Assembly (NCBI RefSeq): GCF_036321535.1
Contig: NC_087447.1
Span: 34,412,001-34,476,000, forward strand
Length of the DNA stretch: 64,000 bases
From: Camelus dromedarius
Taxonomy: Eukaryota
Direction: 5' to 3'
A program made the translations under genes and the position numbers. Under the pieces are notes generated by a model that saw only the letters and a program-made list of their open reading frames with translations, was not told the DNA's origin and made no database searches. This document shows, in pieces, positions 13,128 to 25,620 of this stretch. The first letter of the stretch is position 1. Every line of letters begins with the position of its first letter.

Positions 13128-13545
13128 GAGCCGTGTTTGTCAAAGTAGGCTCTGAAATCATGATCCCATAAAACACTTCATGGGAAGAGGAATCTTCAGG
13201 TGAATAAGTCTGGGCAATGCTGTGTATAGTAATATATAGCATTATATATATATTATATAAATATATATATATATTATATATAAATATATATATAATATAT
13301 ATATATAAACACACAAACACTATAGATACATACATAATATATGTATATGTGTGTATACACTGTAATAAAATTCTGTACTATAATCTCTTGGCGTTTCATG
13401 ATACGCACGAACAGGCTCTGAGAAGTCCTCCAGTAAAGACACCCATTCAGTCTGGTTGGCTAGCACATCACCTAAACTTATTGACCAAGGCAACTTTTAT
13501 TCCCGGAACACTAATGATTAATAGTTCTGCTTTAGGAAATGCCAT
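13128..13545. mobile_element. hAT-Charlie non-autonomous DNA transposon (subfamily not assigned) containing an expanded (TA)n tract
   Basis: ccgtgtttgtcaaagt start; aggctctgagaagtcctccagtaaaga; cctaaacttattgaccaagg; tttaggaaatgcc end. Confidence 0.6.
13224..13360. repeat. Imperfect (TA)n microsatellite
   Basis: Direct read. Confidence 0.95.
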
Positions 13546-14789
13546 TCCAGATGACTGAGTTATGAGATGGAATTTGTTATCTGGGTAACTTAAGCCCCCA
13601 GGCCCCACTTTGCCCTGAATCATTTAGATGTGTTAAAGCCCAAATAGTGTTTTTGAATTCAATTACCTGCTTAATGGGTTCTGTCTTTCTTCGTTGGCGC
13701 TCGTGGACCTGGCTTCACGTACATACACACACTGGTTTTGGCAAGTGAGCAGGAGGCCGTTACCTCCCCTTCTTCCCCGCAGCCCTGCTGAATTCAAATA
13801 AGCCATCCCTTGGCTGCCAACCAGGTCGTAGATGGAACAGAAGGTTTATTCCCTGTTGCCAGGTCCTAGGAGGAGATCCAATGGATGAGCCCTTTCTCCA
13901 CGTTTGCCCCACACCCCACTCCATGTTCCTGATCACGCACAGGGCTGGTCAGTGGGGGTCACCTGGCTCCGCTGGGACAGGTGGGGGAGGGCAGCGCTGG
14001 GAGATCACTGTGCCCAGCCCTGGGGCCAGCCCTCACTCTGCCTTTGGCCTCCCGTGAGAGCTTCCCTCTGAGCCTCCATTCCCCACACTGCTGAAGGAAG
14101 CAGGAGACCACTGAAGCCTCTGCTGGGGGTGGATCTGTTTCTGCCACCTCCACGTCAGCAGGCCTGTGGCAGTCAGTTTCCCAGAGAATCAACCTAAAAA
14201 TATGGCAACGGAGAATGCACAACCTTATTAAAAACTGGAAAGCCTCTAGAAATAAGTACTTCCTTTGTTGATAAAATATCTAGAAATATTTTGCCATTCT
14301 GCAGAGGATGCCGGTCCTAAAGTGCAATTGTTGGAGGGTTAAAAATAGTCATGGTCGTATGCAAAGAGCTGCAGGGAGCTCGCACGAGCTGTGCAGGCTG
14401 TGCCTGCCTCGTGGGGCAGCTCCCAGAGGGTCACACCATTTCACAGGTGCTCCTGGCAGCCAAACCCTCCCCAAAGCAGTGAATCAACTTCATCCTCTAC
14501 TTCATATAACAAACCTGACATAGAGTTGTGTCAGGGGTCCTCAAGCAAAAGCCAAATTGTTTGCACAAACATTTTAGGCATATAGGGGAATGGTGGGAAC
14601 CCTCTGGAAATCCAGCAGATAAGGGCCAACCTTGTGAGCAGGCCTCTCTAAGGATCGCAGGATCAGTCTGCTGTGTTGATGTTTCTCTGCACAAGGGCTG
14701 GTACTCTCTCTACTTCCAGATGAATAAGTTAAGGCTCAAGAGATGCACCCAACCACCTGGTATGTTTGGGTACACTGTACACTACACTG

Positions 14790-14955
14790 GGCCTCCGCGT
14801 CTTCATGGGAACAAAGTAGGGATGATAATACAAACTGTCTAATGTTTTTGTGAAGACAAATATGCGATGTGTATAAGCCTGCCTATACAGCATTTGGAAC
14901 AGTGTCTGGTATGTAATAAGGACTTCATTTAAGTGTTAGATAATATTAGTAATAG
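14790..14955 (+). mobile_element. MIR SINE fragment
   Basis: gggatgataata...tttggaacagtgtctggtatgtaataagg. Confidence 0.6.
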
Positions 14956-15084
14956 TATTACTGGTCCAAACCACATGGCTATAATCAGCAAAGTGAGCCT
15001 TCAAATTCTGATCTGTCTTACTCCAACATATCTGTCTTCTTATATCACTTTATTGCTTCCACCAAGTAATGTTTTCTCAAGCTC

Positions 15085-15388
15085 AAAACTTCCTTTTTTG
15101 GTTCATGTGGTGGCAAGCATGGCTATGAAGGTCCCTATGTCTTACTTATTAATGTTCAGATACTGGAAGAGAAACTGATCTCCTCCTTTCAGTCCTAGCA
15201 CCAAACTTCCCAGGGAAGGGAATGAGTGTCTCAACTTTTGACAGGTTCACCCCAGGATCAATCACATGGGCCCAAAGGGGAGGGGTCACATAGAAATCTA
15301 GTAGCTTCTACTGAAATCACATGGGTTTGTGGAAGGGATTCCTAGAAAATGGAGTTTGAGGCATATAATCCTGTGAATGTCCATTACA
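15085..15388 (-). mobile_element. Old MaLR LTR fragment (MLT1K/L-like)
   Basis: cccagggaaggg...ggatcaatcacatgggcccaaaggggagggg...aatgtccattaca. Confidence 0.5.
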
Positions 15389-16699
15389 AGTTGGGCAATA
15401 ATATGTATTTCCCAGGGTTATTCTGAGGATTTAATAAGATAACAAAGGTAGAATGTTTAGCACATAGTAAATGCTCAATAAATTATAGCTATAATTACTT
15501 AGTCAGAAATCTATACCTGAAATGAAAGCCAATCTACTTGTCCACCCCAATGTTGGGAGGGGGAAAGGTGTCAGGGGTTTGCAAACACAGAGGCTAAAGA
15601 GAGGGATGCAGAGACTGAAGGTGGAGGCAAGACCGGCAGCCAGGGAACACAGAGACTAGAGGTCAAGCCAGGCAGAAGTTCATGGCCCTTCACGTGGCCA
15701 AGAGACCACACCCCAACTCTTGAATGGAACAGAGAAAGAAGACCCAGAGGTACTTTTACCAGCTGCTTCATGGAAAACTTAACTTGGAGCTGATGTGTTG
15801 TGTTACGTTCAGACCCCATCAAGTCTGTCCCAGTTGTATATTTTCAACTTCCAGCACTAAAGCTCCCTTCTTTCAAGAGGAAATTCATTATCACACTTCA
15901 TGAGGTGTGGGTCTATATATTAAGTGGATCTGGACCAACCAGACTGTGTATATTAACCTGGAAAATCTGAGGCAGCCTGAAGTTCTAGCACCCTTCAGAG
16001 CGAGTGAAAGACTTAAAAGATTGCAGAACTCACTCCCTAATATTCCAAGTAAAGAACTGCTTGTAGAGACTTGAATCTCTTCTCTTTCTCCGTGTGAAGC
16101 AAGCTGGCAGCCTCCTGGGCTCAAGACCTGTGGCCATCAGGGCCCTTTCCTGGGTGATGTGCCCTGAGTTACACGCAGGGCCACCTGAAGTTGGCGAGTA
16201 CAGAGAACCACACACCCAGAGCCTCTTCCCAAGGGTAAGAAAATCTCATCTCCCCACTGACACTCAGGGACAATCCTTGCTTCTCTAGGGGAGACAAAGG
16301 TGGAGAGACAGACACAGACAACAGAGTACAATACAGAAATAAAGACATAGGTGTTCAGAGAACATCACAAACAACCCTGATTTCTCCAAAAGCTAGCAAT
16401 TGCACAGACCAAATCTATTGACCAGATCCCTAATGGATGAGATTCAGGCTTGTGGAAACACAGAGCTCAAATAAGCTGCTCTGTATTGACTATAATCTCA
16501 TGAGCATGAGGTTCAATTAGCCATTGCACTAGACATGAACCCAAAAGCTATTTGAGGCTTTGTTGCAGTGCAGACTCCAATCTTCCAATCCATGACCCAG
16601 ACTGCCTCTTAGGGCAACTTCCAATGCCCCCTCTCCCTCCCTCCCCATCACCACACTGCTCACCTATCCTTAGGTAAGGTGGCCTGGGTTACCAGAATA

Positions 16700-17620
16700 C
16701 TCTTCTGACTGGTTCCTTTGCCTCCAGCCTCTCTCCCTCCAATCTAGCCTCCGCACTGCAGCTGGACTAATTGATCTAAAAAAGCAAATCGGATGATGTC
16801 AGTTGCCTGCTTACAAAATTCTGATGATGCTGCACTACTTGCAGGATAAAATTCAAAGTCCTGAGCTTGGCTGTATTACCCACACGCTCTGGTCTTGCCT
16901 ATAGTACAACCATATGTCTCACCACTCCCTGTTTAATAACTGTTGTTCCAACTTGCCCCATCTCCTAGAAATTCTTCACACAGGCTGATGGAGGTAGTAC
17001 TATGTATTCACCAAAAGCCATTTCATTTTCTTCCTGGGGACATGGCTAGAAGTGGTGGATACGGAGGCCCTAAAGGATGACAGAGTCATAGATGGAGTGT
17101 GCCTGGGTCCCTGAATCGTTGCGTGGAAGAGAGCCATCTAGAACCAGCCAACCAGGAACACCAGTGTTGGACCACGGCATGAGCAAGAAACATCCTTTCA
17201 TTGTATGAAATCACTAACATTTTTAGGATATTCATTACAGCAGTTAATGAGCTCTAACACACACATGGGCACGTTCTCTTAGCCAAGCGGCCTTGTTGTG
17301 TGTTCTCTCTCCCTATAATGTATTTCCCTTTATTTTCTGCCTGGAAAATATCTAATTATCCTTCAATACCCTGGCATCACCTCTTCTGGGAAGCCTACCT
17401 TAGTTCTCCAGGCTAAGGTAGAAACCTCATCTTTGAAGGGTCCCAGCATTCTGTGCTTTTCTCCTGCCAGCATAGCGAGCCCACGGAATTTAACTGTCTC
17501 TTCGCTTGTCCACCACCTCCAGTTAGTAGACTCTGGGCACGGAGTGGGTCTTGTTCAGAACAAGCCTTTCCCAGAATAAAAGCTGAGTGTTTTTTGCATA
17601 GATGAATAAATGGATGAGTA
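16700..17620 (+). mobile_element. L2 LINE 3' fragment interrupted by MLT1J
   Basis: gcaaatcggatgatgtcagttgcctgctta; catcacctcttctgggaagcct; ends gatgaataaatggatgag. Confidence 0.7.
16987..17262 (+). mobile_element. MLT1J-like MaLR LTR (internally deleted)
   Basis: agatggagtgtgcctgggtccctgaatcgttgcgtggaagagagcc; atgagcaagaaacatcctttcattgt. Confidence 0.75.
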
Positions 17621-17894
17621 AATAGAGTGAGTTAATACACAGATTTGCGATGGGTAGTTCCTTGATAATAACCTACATATTTACATAATGCTGCCTCCCT
17701 CACGTGTGTGTGCTGAGGACAGCGTGGAACAGCCAGGTGCAGCAGTCCAGGCTGTAGGGAAACCTGTGAGGCAAACCTACCTGACAGCAGTCAATGTAGA
17801 AGCCAGGGCTCTGGGTTCTCTGTGTGCTGTGGACACAGGTGAGGGGCAAGAGAAAGTTAGGAAACTCTGTCATGGCAAGAAAGGAGAAAGGAAC

Positions 17895-18330
17895 GTACCT
17901 TTATTAAGCATCTACTATGTGCCAGGAAATTTAGCTATCTATCTATCTATATATATTTTTAATTTTATTGAAGTGTAGTTGATTCACAGTGTCAGTTCCA
18001 GACAAGTGATTCAGCTACACACACATACATACAGACCCCTTTCAGACTCCTCTCCACTACGTCATCACAAGAAACTGAACACGGTTCCCCACACTACACA
18101 GTAGGTCCTTGCTGTTCATCCACTTTACATACAGTAATGTGTGTCTGTTAATCCCCAACCCCTAATTTCAGGAAATTTATATGCATTATTTCAGTGAGTC
18201 TACTGTGACAACTATCCTGTAAGTTTGCTGCTATTATCCTCATTTGGCTCAGAGAAGTTAAGTGACTTGTCCAAGGCCACACAGCTGGTAAGCAGCAGAG
18301 CTGGAATCCAAACCAGGCCTGTCTGAATTC
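17895..18330 (-). mobile_element. MIR SINE split by an L1 insertion
   Basis: ttattaagcatctactatgtgccagg | ggctcagagaagttaagtgacttgtccaaggccacacagct. Confidence 0.85.
17934..18168 (-). mobile_element. 5'-truncated artiodactyl-type L1 3' end (T>C-rich copy)
   Basis: ttttattgaagtgtagttgatt...agtgattcag...cagtaggtccttg; perfect 11-bp TSD CAGGAAATTTA at 17923-17933 and 18169-18179; tail decayed to (TATC)/(TA)/T. Confidence 0.9.
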
Positions 18331-19184
18331 TGAATAGGGGCTCCTCCCAGTGCCTCTCAGGGGACAAAGGCTGAAGTCAGACTTGCCTGGTTTCTCCCTG
18401 TCACCCCAGGCCTAGACCCTGCACAGATGTGAGGCCCACACATCAGTCCTGGCCCGAGCAGAATACACAGAGTGCTTCCCCGCCTCCCCGGCAGTGAGCC
18501 GTTGAACACAGACTTCGGAGGAGAGGGAAGGAACAGGCTGCTTTTCCCTGGGCCGGGCTCTGTCAGGCAGGCCTGATTTGCACAGCTGCCCCAGACACTG
18601 CGGAAACAAACACTGGGCTGTTGGGTCAGGCTCCCCTGATTCCTCAGATGAAGGAGCCAGACTGGAGCCAGCACATTGCTCAACCCCCAGGCAACCGCTG
18701 ACCAGGCCCTTCTGGGCTCTGTCTCCACTGGCAGCTGTGAGCGGCGCAGCCTCTTGGCGGGCCGAGCAGCCCCCGGCCCTGCTGGCAGGTAAGGGCTCAG
18801 GGTCCTGAATGCCAGGGACCTCCCCCTCTGTCTGGGGAGACAGATCCAGGAGTGCAGCCAGGAGCCCCAGGCCCCGGTCAGGCCTTTGCTTGCCTCAACA
18901 ACCTGGCAGCTGAGCAGAGGCCCCTGAACTGCTGGCTGGGAGATCAGGAAGGCAAAAGTCCTTCTGGGATATGACCAGGAGGGAGGTTAGTGGGGAGAGA
19001 CTGGGAGGACTTTGGGACCCAGAATGAGATATCTTAGTGGCAGCATCTTAAATGGGACCAGTGCCAGGCACTTTGATGAAAAGATGCAGCCTCTGCCCCT
19101 ACGGAGCCCAGAGCTCAGATTCTCGGGCAGGAGGTAGAGATAGGGCAGACGATCATAGTCCAGTGTCAAAGGGAGGCAGCTTCC

Positions 19185-19290
19185 TCAGGCTGAACCACTT
19201 ACTCAGCCGTGTGGCCCCGGATAAGCTGTACTCTGGGCCTCAGTTTTCTCATCTGTGAAGTGGGACTAATAATGTCCACTTAAAGGGGTT
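19185..19290 (+). mobile_element. MIR SINE fragment
   Basis: ctctgggcctcagttttctcatctgtgaagtgggactaataat. Confidence 0.8.
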
Positions 19291-19298
19291 GAGTTTGG

Positions 19299-19340
19299 TT
19301 TTTTTCTTTTTTTTCAGTGGAGGTACTGGGGATTGAACCT
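19299..19340 (-). mobile_element. 5'-truncated tRNA-derived SINE (camelid type), 3' end only
   Basis: Reverse complement aggttcaatccccagtacctccactgaaaaaaaagaaaaaaa: B box, 3' acceptor arm and A-tail, matching the copy at 33609. Confidence 0.8.
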
Positions 19341-20756
19341 TGCTCATAAAAATGGTGCTTGCTCAATGCTGCGGGGATCTTTGCCCTCCCAACTAGGTGA
19401 AGTGTGTGGAAGTCAGGGACCTGGGCTTATATTTCTTTATAGCACCCATGGTTTCTAGCCCAGTGCTGACTACTTCATTTTCTAAGTAAGAAAGAGGTAA
19501 AATGCAGAGCCTAATGGGATAGAAACGGCTACCGTCAGTAGTAGCTTTGGGATGTAAGTCTCTCCCTATAGGGCTTCCTCCAAGGAATCAGCCTCTCTGA
19601 CCAAGATGAAAACCACAAAGCAGGCAACAGCAGGCAGGAAGAGGTTGGCCAGTCTCATAAGCTCATAATAATGAGTCTGCCTAATCTAAACTTGAATAAA
19701 AACTCCTTGAATTATCAACGACCGACGGCAATTGTGAGAACTCCTATTTAGACAGGACTTTCAGTTTGCAAAGCTCTCCCACCAGTTATTTCATTCCAGG
19801 GGAACTGAGTAAGTACTCGTTGAAGGATAGAGCCTCATAATGCAAGGTATTAGGGTCCTGATTTAACTGATAAGGAAGCCGAGGCTCAGAGAGGTGAATT
19901 AAATTGCTGGAAAATTATGGATCCTGTATGATGTCAAACCTAGTGTCTTTGACACCACACCACATCTCTCTTATAAACAGATGGTACATGAGGGTAAGCC
20001 ATCACTGCCCCCCACCCCTGAGTCAGATAGGAAATCCAACCCATATGGCTGTGCTCAGTGTGCTGGTCTTGGAGATGGGTCTTTGAAGCAACATGCAAAA
20101 GCTATTCCCTGCACCCCTACCCCGCCTGCCAGCAGGCATGTTCCCTGGTGGGCGGGAAGCATGGAAAGATGAGAAGGGGGCAATTGGCACAGCTGGAAGG
20201 CAAACAAATAATGAAGTTAGTGAAAGGTTGGCCCCGGGTCTCTCTCGCTGATGAAGGGTGTGTAAAGTATGGAAATGAAAATTACACAATGGAGCTGTCT
20301 CCAGGGAAGATGATGGTTAATTAGATGTCTCACAGCACACCGGCTCCTCACCACAGAGCAGTCCTCACCCTCTGCTTGCAAACCCCAGCCACGAGCCAGG
20401 AGTGACTCCCAGAGAGGCAACGGTTTCCTGGGATGCTGGCAGTCAACAAGCCACCGCTCAGAGGTCAACTCCTTGAATACCAGCCTCTCCTTAAAACCCC
20501 GAGCCTGACGTGCTGTGTGAGTCCCCATTTGCTAGATGAGGAAGTAGAGGTGAGGTGGGGGAGGTTATGTGAGCCCCCTAGTCTTCCTGGGGAGGGGAAA
20601 GGTGGGAAGTGACTCTAGAAACAAAAGGAAAGATAGCCCTAAATCCAGAGAGAAAGAATTGGTTTTGCTTTCTCCTTACATGGGCACTTTCTGGGGCGAG
20701 ACAGATGACAAATCCTGGCTTGTCGAAGCTGGAAAGGCCCTCTAAGAGCATCTAGG

Positions 20757-20968
20757 CTGGTGTTTTACAAACTTTTCTTTTTCTTTTTTAAGCAACAGGA
20801 CCCTTTGTTTAAGTGCAATCTGGAGTGGAACCCCAGTAGATAAAACAGAGTAAGGAGGAAGTGCCCTCCACCGCTCAACCAGTGCCTTCTTCCCTTCATG
20901 CCCCGCCCTCACCCTCACATCTTCCTGGATCCCTAGGGTTCCATGGAACCCAGTTTGAAAACCTCTGT
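20757..20968. mobile_element. hAT-Charlie non-autonomous DNA transposon inside a MIR3-like element
   Basis: Degenerate TIRs ctggtgttttacaaact / agtttgaaaacctctg; MIR-like flanks (gctggaaaggccctctaagagcatctag | ttcaactccttcatcttgcacatgag). Confidence 0.6.
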
Positions 20969-21753
20969 CCTTGTTCAACTCCTTCATCTTGCACATGAGA
21001 GAAGAGATCTGAAGAAGCTAAATGACCTGTCCAGCGTCAAAAAGCCAGTGAACGGTAGAGGCAGAACCAGAAATTAGGCTTTCTGTTGTTCAGGTCAAGG
21101 ATTTTGGGGTGAGCCAGGCAGCCTTTCCTGCCCTAAACTACTATGTAGAGAGATACAGATGGTATCGATATTAATGACGTATAGATACTGAGAGGGGATA
21201 AAGACGTGTAATTTATTGAGCATTCTTTGTGCTAAGCTGTGTGGGTTTACTGGGGACCCAAAACTGGGGAAACATGGGCCCTATTCTTCAGGAGCTCCCA
21301 ACAGAGCTGAGGAGACAGACAGCGGCCTCCAGGGTTGCCCACAAATTTAAGAGTGGAGAGAATTTTATCAAAAGCCCATGACAGCCCATAGTGTGGGAAA
21401 GGGTTGCTCTGAACTGACAGGGGCCTAGGCTTTTGGGAAGGGGGCCTTGGCCCAGCAGAGCTAGGAGGGTTGATGGGACCATAACAGGGGAGGCATTGAG
21501 AGCAGAGGCAGAGAGGTAGGGAAGGGCGGGTATGATTCAGTGACACACGGGGCCTTCCAAAACTGAGCCAGTTCAGCCTCTTCCCTGCCCCCTTTCCTAA
21601 CAGGCTTTGTCCTTCCCACCCCCCTCCTCCCCACTCTCCTGTATTCTGGGATCTCTTTGGGGGCTCAGCCTCTTCCTTTCCTGTAACTGATCTGAAGATG
21701 GGAGGGCAGAGTTGGGGAGAGCAGGAAAAAGGAAATTAATTTTTCAAGACCGT

Positions 21754-21801
21754 CTGTGTGTGTGTGTGTGAGAGAAAGAGTGTGTGTGTGTGTGAGTGTG
21801 A
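21754..21801. repeat. Compound (GT)n/(GA)n microsatellite
   Basis: Direct read. Confidence 0.9.
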
Positions 21802-21916
21802 GCATATATTTAAAACAGCATCAACATCAAACGCTGACTGAAGCTACTTACGCCCTTGGGGAGAGAAACACAATTAACCTTGGAGGAGCTTTTCTGACAT
21901 AGCTTTATTATTAACG

Positions 21917-21952
21917 TTGTTGTTGTTGTTGTTATTATTATTATTATTATTA
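21917..21952. repeat. Compound (GTT)n(ATT)n microsatellite
   Basis: Direct read. Confidence 0.9.
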
Positions 21953-23254
21953 CTATTTGTTTAGGAAAATGTCTTAATGGGCTTCTTTGGGCCCTGACCT
22001 GGAAGGGGAAGGAGAAACGAATGTGAGGGCTAAATTCCTCTGCCTAAAGTGACATTGGGCTTTGCTCCCTGGGAGCTGCAGAGGCTTGCTGCGTGGAGTC
22101 GGGGGAGCTGAGTCGGGGGCAAGGGCTCAGAATGGTGGGAAACAGGGGTGTGACAAGGATATGAAGATGGAACCCCTAAAACAGGCAAGAAGTGCACTCT
22201 ATGGAGACAGAAAATTGTCACCCAGATTCTGGGAGCAAAGAGCTGTTTTCTGCCAACTCCTTTATTTTCCACAAAACCCTGGAGGCCACAGGACCCCCTG
22301 TCAGTGGCATTTCGGAATGAAAGATGGGTGCAGAAGAGAGGGTGCATCTCAGGTGCTTGGAGCAAGGTCAGGAGGACAGATGACCTTGGAGAGGGCGGCT
22401 GAACGCCTTGGGTGTAGTGGGGAGAGGGTGCTTCTCGGAGTAATGGGGACAGAGCTTGAGCTGTTTTATTTGGAGAGGACAGTCATGGATGTTGCCAGAA
22501 GGCTACAAGGCTGGGGGATTTTGGTGTATCTGGTCATGTGTGGAATTACACGTGTGCGCATGTTTATGGTATGCACCTTCCTGCGCGTGTTCATGAGTAT
22601 CAGCACCTGTGTGATCGTGCAGGTAAACGTGTGTGCATTTGTAAGTATGGTAAGTGATGTGAATGATTAAATATCCTGTGCACGTGTGAGTGCGTGCTCA
22701 CGGGGCCGGGACTTCGGACCCGTTAGTTACATGAGTACCAATGAACAGAGATGAGTATTCAGCCACGAGGTGTGGACAAGTGAACGTGTTTCTCAGAACG
22801 CCGGTGAGTGTGCCAGCGTGTGTGTGCAGGGCTGTGGGGCTATTTGGGAATGTGTAAGGCTGTGTACTCTGCAAGGGTGTGCACAGATGGGCCAGGGCCC
22901 CATGCCAGCCTGGCCACCCCTGTAACGTGTCTTCCTCCCCACAGGGCCCAGCACTGGAGGCCAGCAGGGCTCTGGGCAGCAGGGAAGGGGGAGTGGATGT
23001 TCCCGGCGTGCTTGCCCCAGAGCCCCGTTCCTTGCCCAGGAACATTCTTGCTTTCCCATTCCTGGGAAGGAACATCATGTCCACTGGCGCCTCTCCCGCC
23101 TGATGAGTCCAACTCCCTGGCTGCCTCGGGAGGCGAAGCACTTCCTGACCAGGATTGGGAGCATCCAGGGAGTCAAAGCCCAGGGGCAGAGTGGGAGGAA
23201 GACGCGCTGGCTCCTAGGGTGTAGGCAATGGCAGATTCTCCCCAGGGGTGATAA

Positions 23255-23470
23255 AAGTAACCATTGTTGATTGGGTGTTTGCCATGTGCCCAGCCCCGTG
23301 TAGAGCATTTCACAGGAATAAACTCATTTCAGCCTCTCCATAGCCTCGGTGGCCACGGATGATCATTTTCTCATTTTGGCAGATGAGGAAACACAGGCTT
23401 AGTTTAAGGAACTTGTCCACCATGGCAGAGGCTGTGGTGGGATTGGAACCCGGGTTCCCTACCTCCAGGA
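23255..23470 (-). mobile_element. MIR SINE
   Basis: ctcattttggcagatgaggaaacacaggc; ggattggaacccggg. Confidence 0.8.
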
Positions 23471-23929
23471 CCCCAGCTCTCACCCTCAGGCAGAACCAGC
23501 GCCTCCTGTCCAGCCATCACCCTCAGGGCACAGATGGGGAGACTGAGGCCCTCTCTCACCAGGCTTCCTTCTGCTCCAGGCTACCCTTTAGGAAGCTCTG
23601 GAGACAGGTGGTGGGCTGTCACTGTGGCAAGGGACCTTGAAGACAATTTTGATCAACCCTCCGCTTAGAAAAAGGCCTTGCATAATGGTCCAGGGCACAC
23701 TGTCCTCTGCACAAGTTGCTCCCTTTTGCTGGTACTGGTGAGATCAGAATTGCAGCTCCTGTGGCTGGTGGCCAGGGAACTTCACCATGGAAAACCTTCC
23801 ACTCCCACGGCCAGCATGGCCCCCAAGCTGACAGAGCCCTGGCCCAGCACACACATACATGAGTCTCTTGGTCCTCAACTGATCCTACATACCTCAGCCA
23901 GCCTCACCTTCTTTAAATACCCCTTTAGC

Positions 23930-24330
23930 ACCTGAGGGCCTACTCTGTGCCAGGCCATGTGCTGAGTCCTTTCATGTCACATATGGCATGTATTCTGCTT
24001 TCTATTCATTGTCTCCGTTCATCTCTGTAACTATATTATAAGGTTGATGTTATTCTCATTCTACAATGAAGGCAACTGAGGATCAGAGAGGTTAAGTCAC
24101 TTTCCCAAGGATGCACAGCTTATACAAATTGGAACCAGAATTTGAACTTGGACCCGATTCCAAATCCTATGTTTTTAAGAATTAAATTATCACATTTCAG
24201 CCTCCCAAAACTCCTGTGAGGTAGGGAATATTTAGCTTCAGATCAGAGACACATGGCACAAAACTGCTAAGTAACTTGCCCAAGAATAAGTAGGGAGTAG
24301 AGGTGAATATGAACTCAGGTCCCTGAGAAC
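23930..24330 (-). mobile_element. Two tandem MIR SINE copies
   Basis: ctgagggcctactctgtgccaggc; aactgaggatcagagaggttaagtcac; aagtaacttgcccaag. Confidence 0.8.
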
Positions 24331-24375
24331 ATCAATGTGCTTTTGTAGATAGATACCTGGGACCACATTATAAGA

Positions 24376-24383
24376 ATGCGTGT

Positions 24384-24414
<31 letters not shown>

Positions 24415-24437
24415 CGTGTGTGGTGGTGGTGGTGGTG
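24376..24437. repeat. (GT)/(GC) alternating purine-pyrimidine tract followed by (GGT)n
   Basis: Direct read. Confidence 0.9.
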
Positions 24438-24799
24438 TTTTCATCCTTTTCCTGCCACCCCAACCCTCAGTTTTAGCCAAGATGGGTCTCTCTCCTCCTG
24501 GTCCCAGAGAGACCATCCTCCCTCACACCACTCATCCACTCATCTCTGTCCCACTCCCAACTCTCCCCTTCTCAGATTTCTCATGGTCCTCAGAGGGCAC
24601 CCATGTATTTCTCCTCAGAGACTTGTTCTCCCCAACTTGACTCTGGATTTTCAGCTAAGTTTTCTTTGGCCCCATCTCCATGTCAAATCTGGGGCTCCTG
24701 TTCACCACAACTTAGCACAGGGCCAGGCCCCTGGTGGCAACTCAGACCGAATCCATTGCTTCTTCCAATGATGAGGAATGGTGACTTGAGTCACCAGGG

Positions 24800-25250
24800 A
24801 CCCATCCACCTATCCATCCATCCATCCAGCAAATATTTATTAAATACCTATTACGTCCCAGGCACCATTCTAGGTACTTGCTTACATTAAAAATAAAACC
24901 TGACAAAAACACTTGCCCTTATGGATATTATCATCTAGGAGGTAGAGGAAGACAATAAACAGTAAATAAGTAAATTACAGAGTAAGTTAAGAGAGAAAAT
25001 AACATACGGTAGAGGAGAATCCGGAGCCCACTGAGAAGTTGATCTTTTAGTAAGACTTGAAGGAGAGAGTGAGTTAGTCATGTGGCTATCAGTGGGAAGA
25101 GTGCTCCAGGTGGAACAAACAGCAAGTGCAAAGGGCCTGAGGTGGGTGTGTGCCAGTGTGGCTGGAGTGTAGTGACCCGGGGACAGCAATAGAGGAGCAA
25201 GTCAGATAATACAGGGACTTGATGGCCACTGTAAGGATGTGGACTTGTAC
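24800..25250 (-). mobile_element. L2 LINE 3' fragment
   Basis: catccatccagcaaatatttattaaatacctattacgtcccaggcaccattctagg; gaacaaacagcaagtgcaaagggcctgagg. Confidence 0.85.
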
Positions 25251-25329
25251 TCTAAAGAAGAGGAGGACTTTAGAAGCTCCCCCCATCCCTGCTTTCCAGC
25301 CAAGATCTTTCTTTTGCTGTCTTCTAATT

Positions 25330-25620
25330 ACTCAGGTCTGGCCCAAATCTGTCTCCTAGGGAGGTACTTTCCTAGGACCACCTTCTGTGAGTGGCACCCC
25401 ACATCTCACCATGCACTCTTTATCACAGCTACCATATTAAACCTTTTTGACAGCACTTGCTGTTCTGGAAATTAGCTGATATGGATATTCTTGGTTCCTG
25501 TACTTATCTTGTGTCTTCACCCACCAGAGCATAAGTACCTTGAGGGCAGGACCTATGTTTGTCTTGTTTAGTGTGGAATCCTCGCTGCCCAGAATGGCAG
25601 GCACCTGACAGTGTCCGAGC
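25330..25620 (+). mobile_element. L2 LINE 3' fragment
   Basis: taagtaccttgagggcagggacctatgtttgtcttgtt. Confidence 0.65.

Noticed and set aside
12910..13558. Tyr/Ile-rich ORFs
   Set aside because: Translation of the (TA)n microsatellite.
22062..22670. 202-aa ORF on +
   Set aside because: Open because of G/GT-rich composition; non-ATG start and no recognisable homology.
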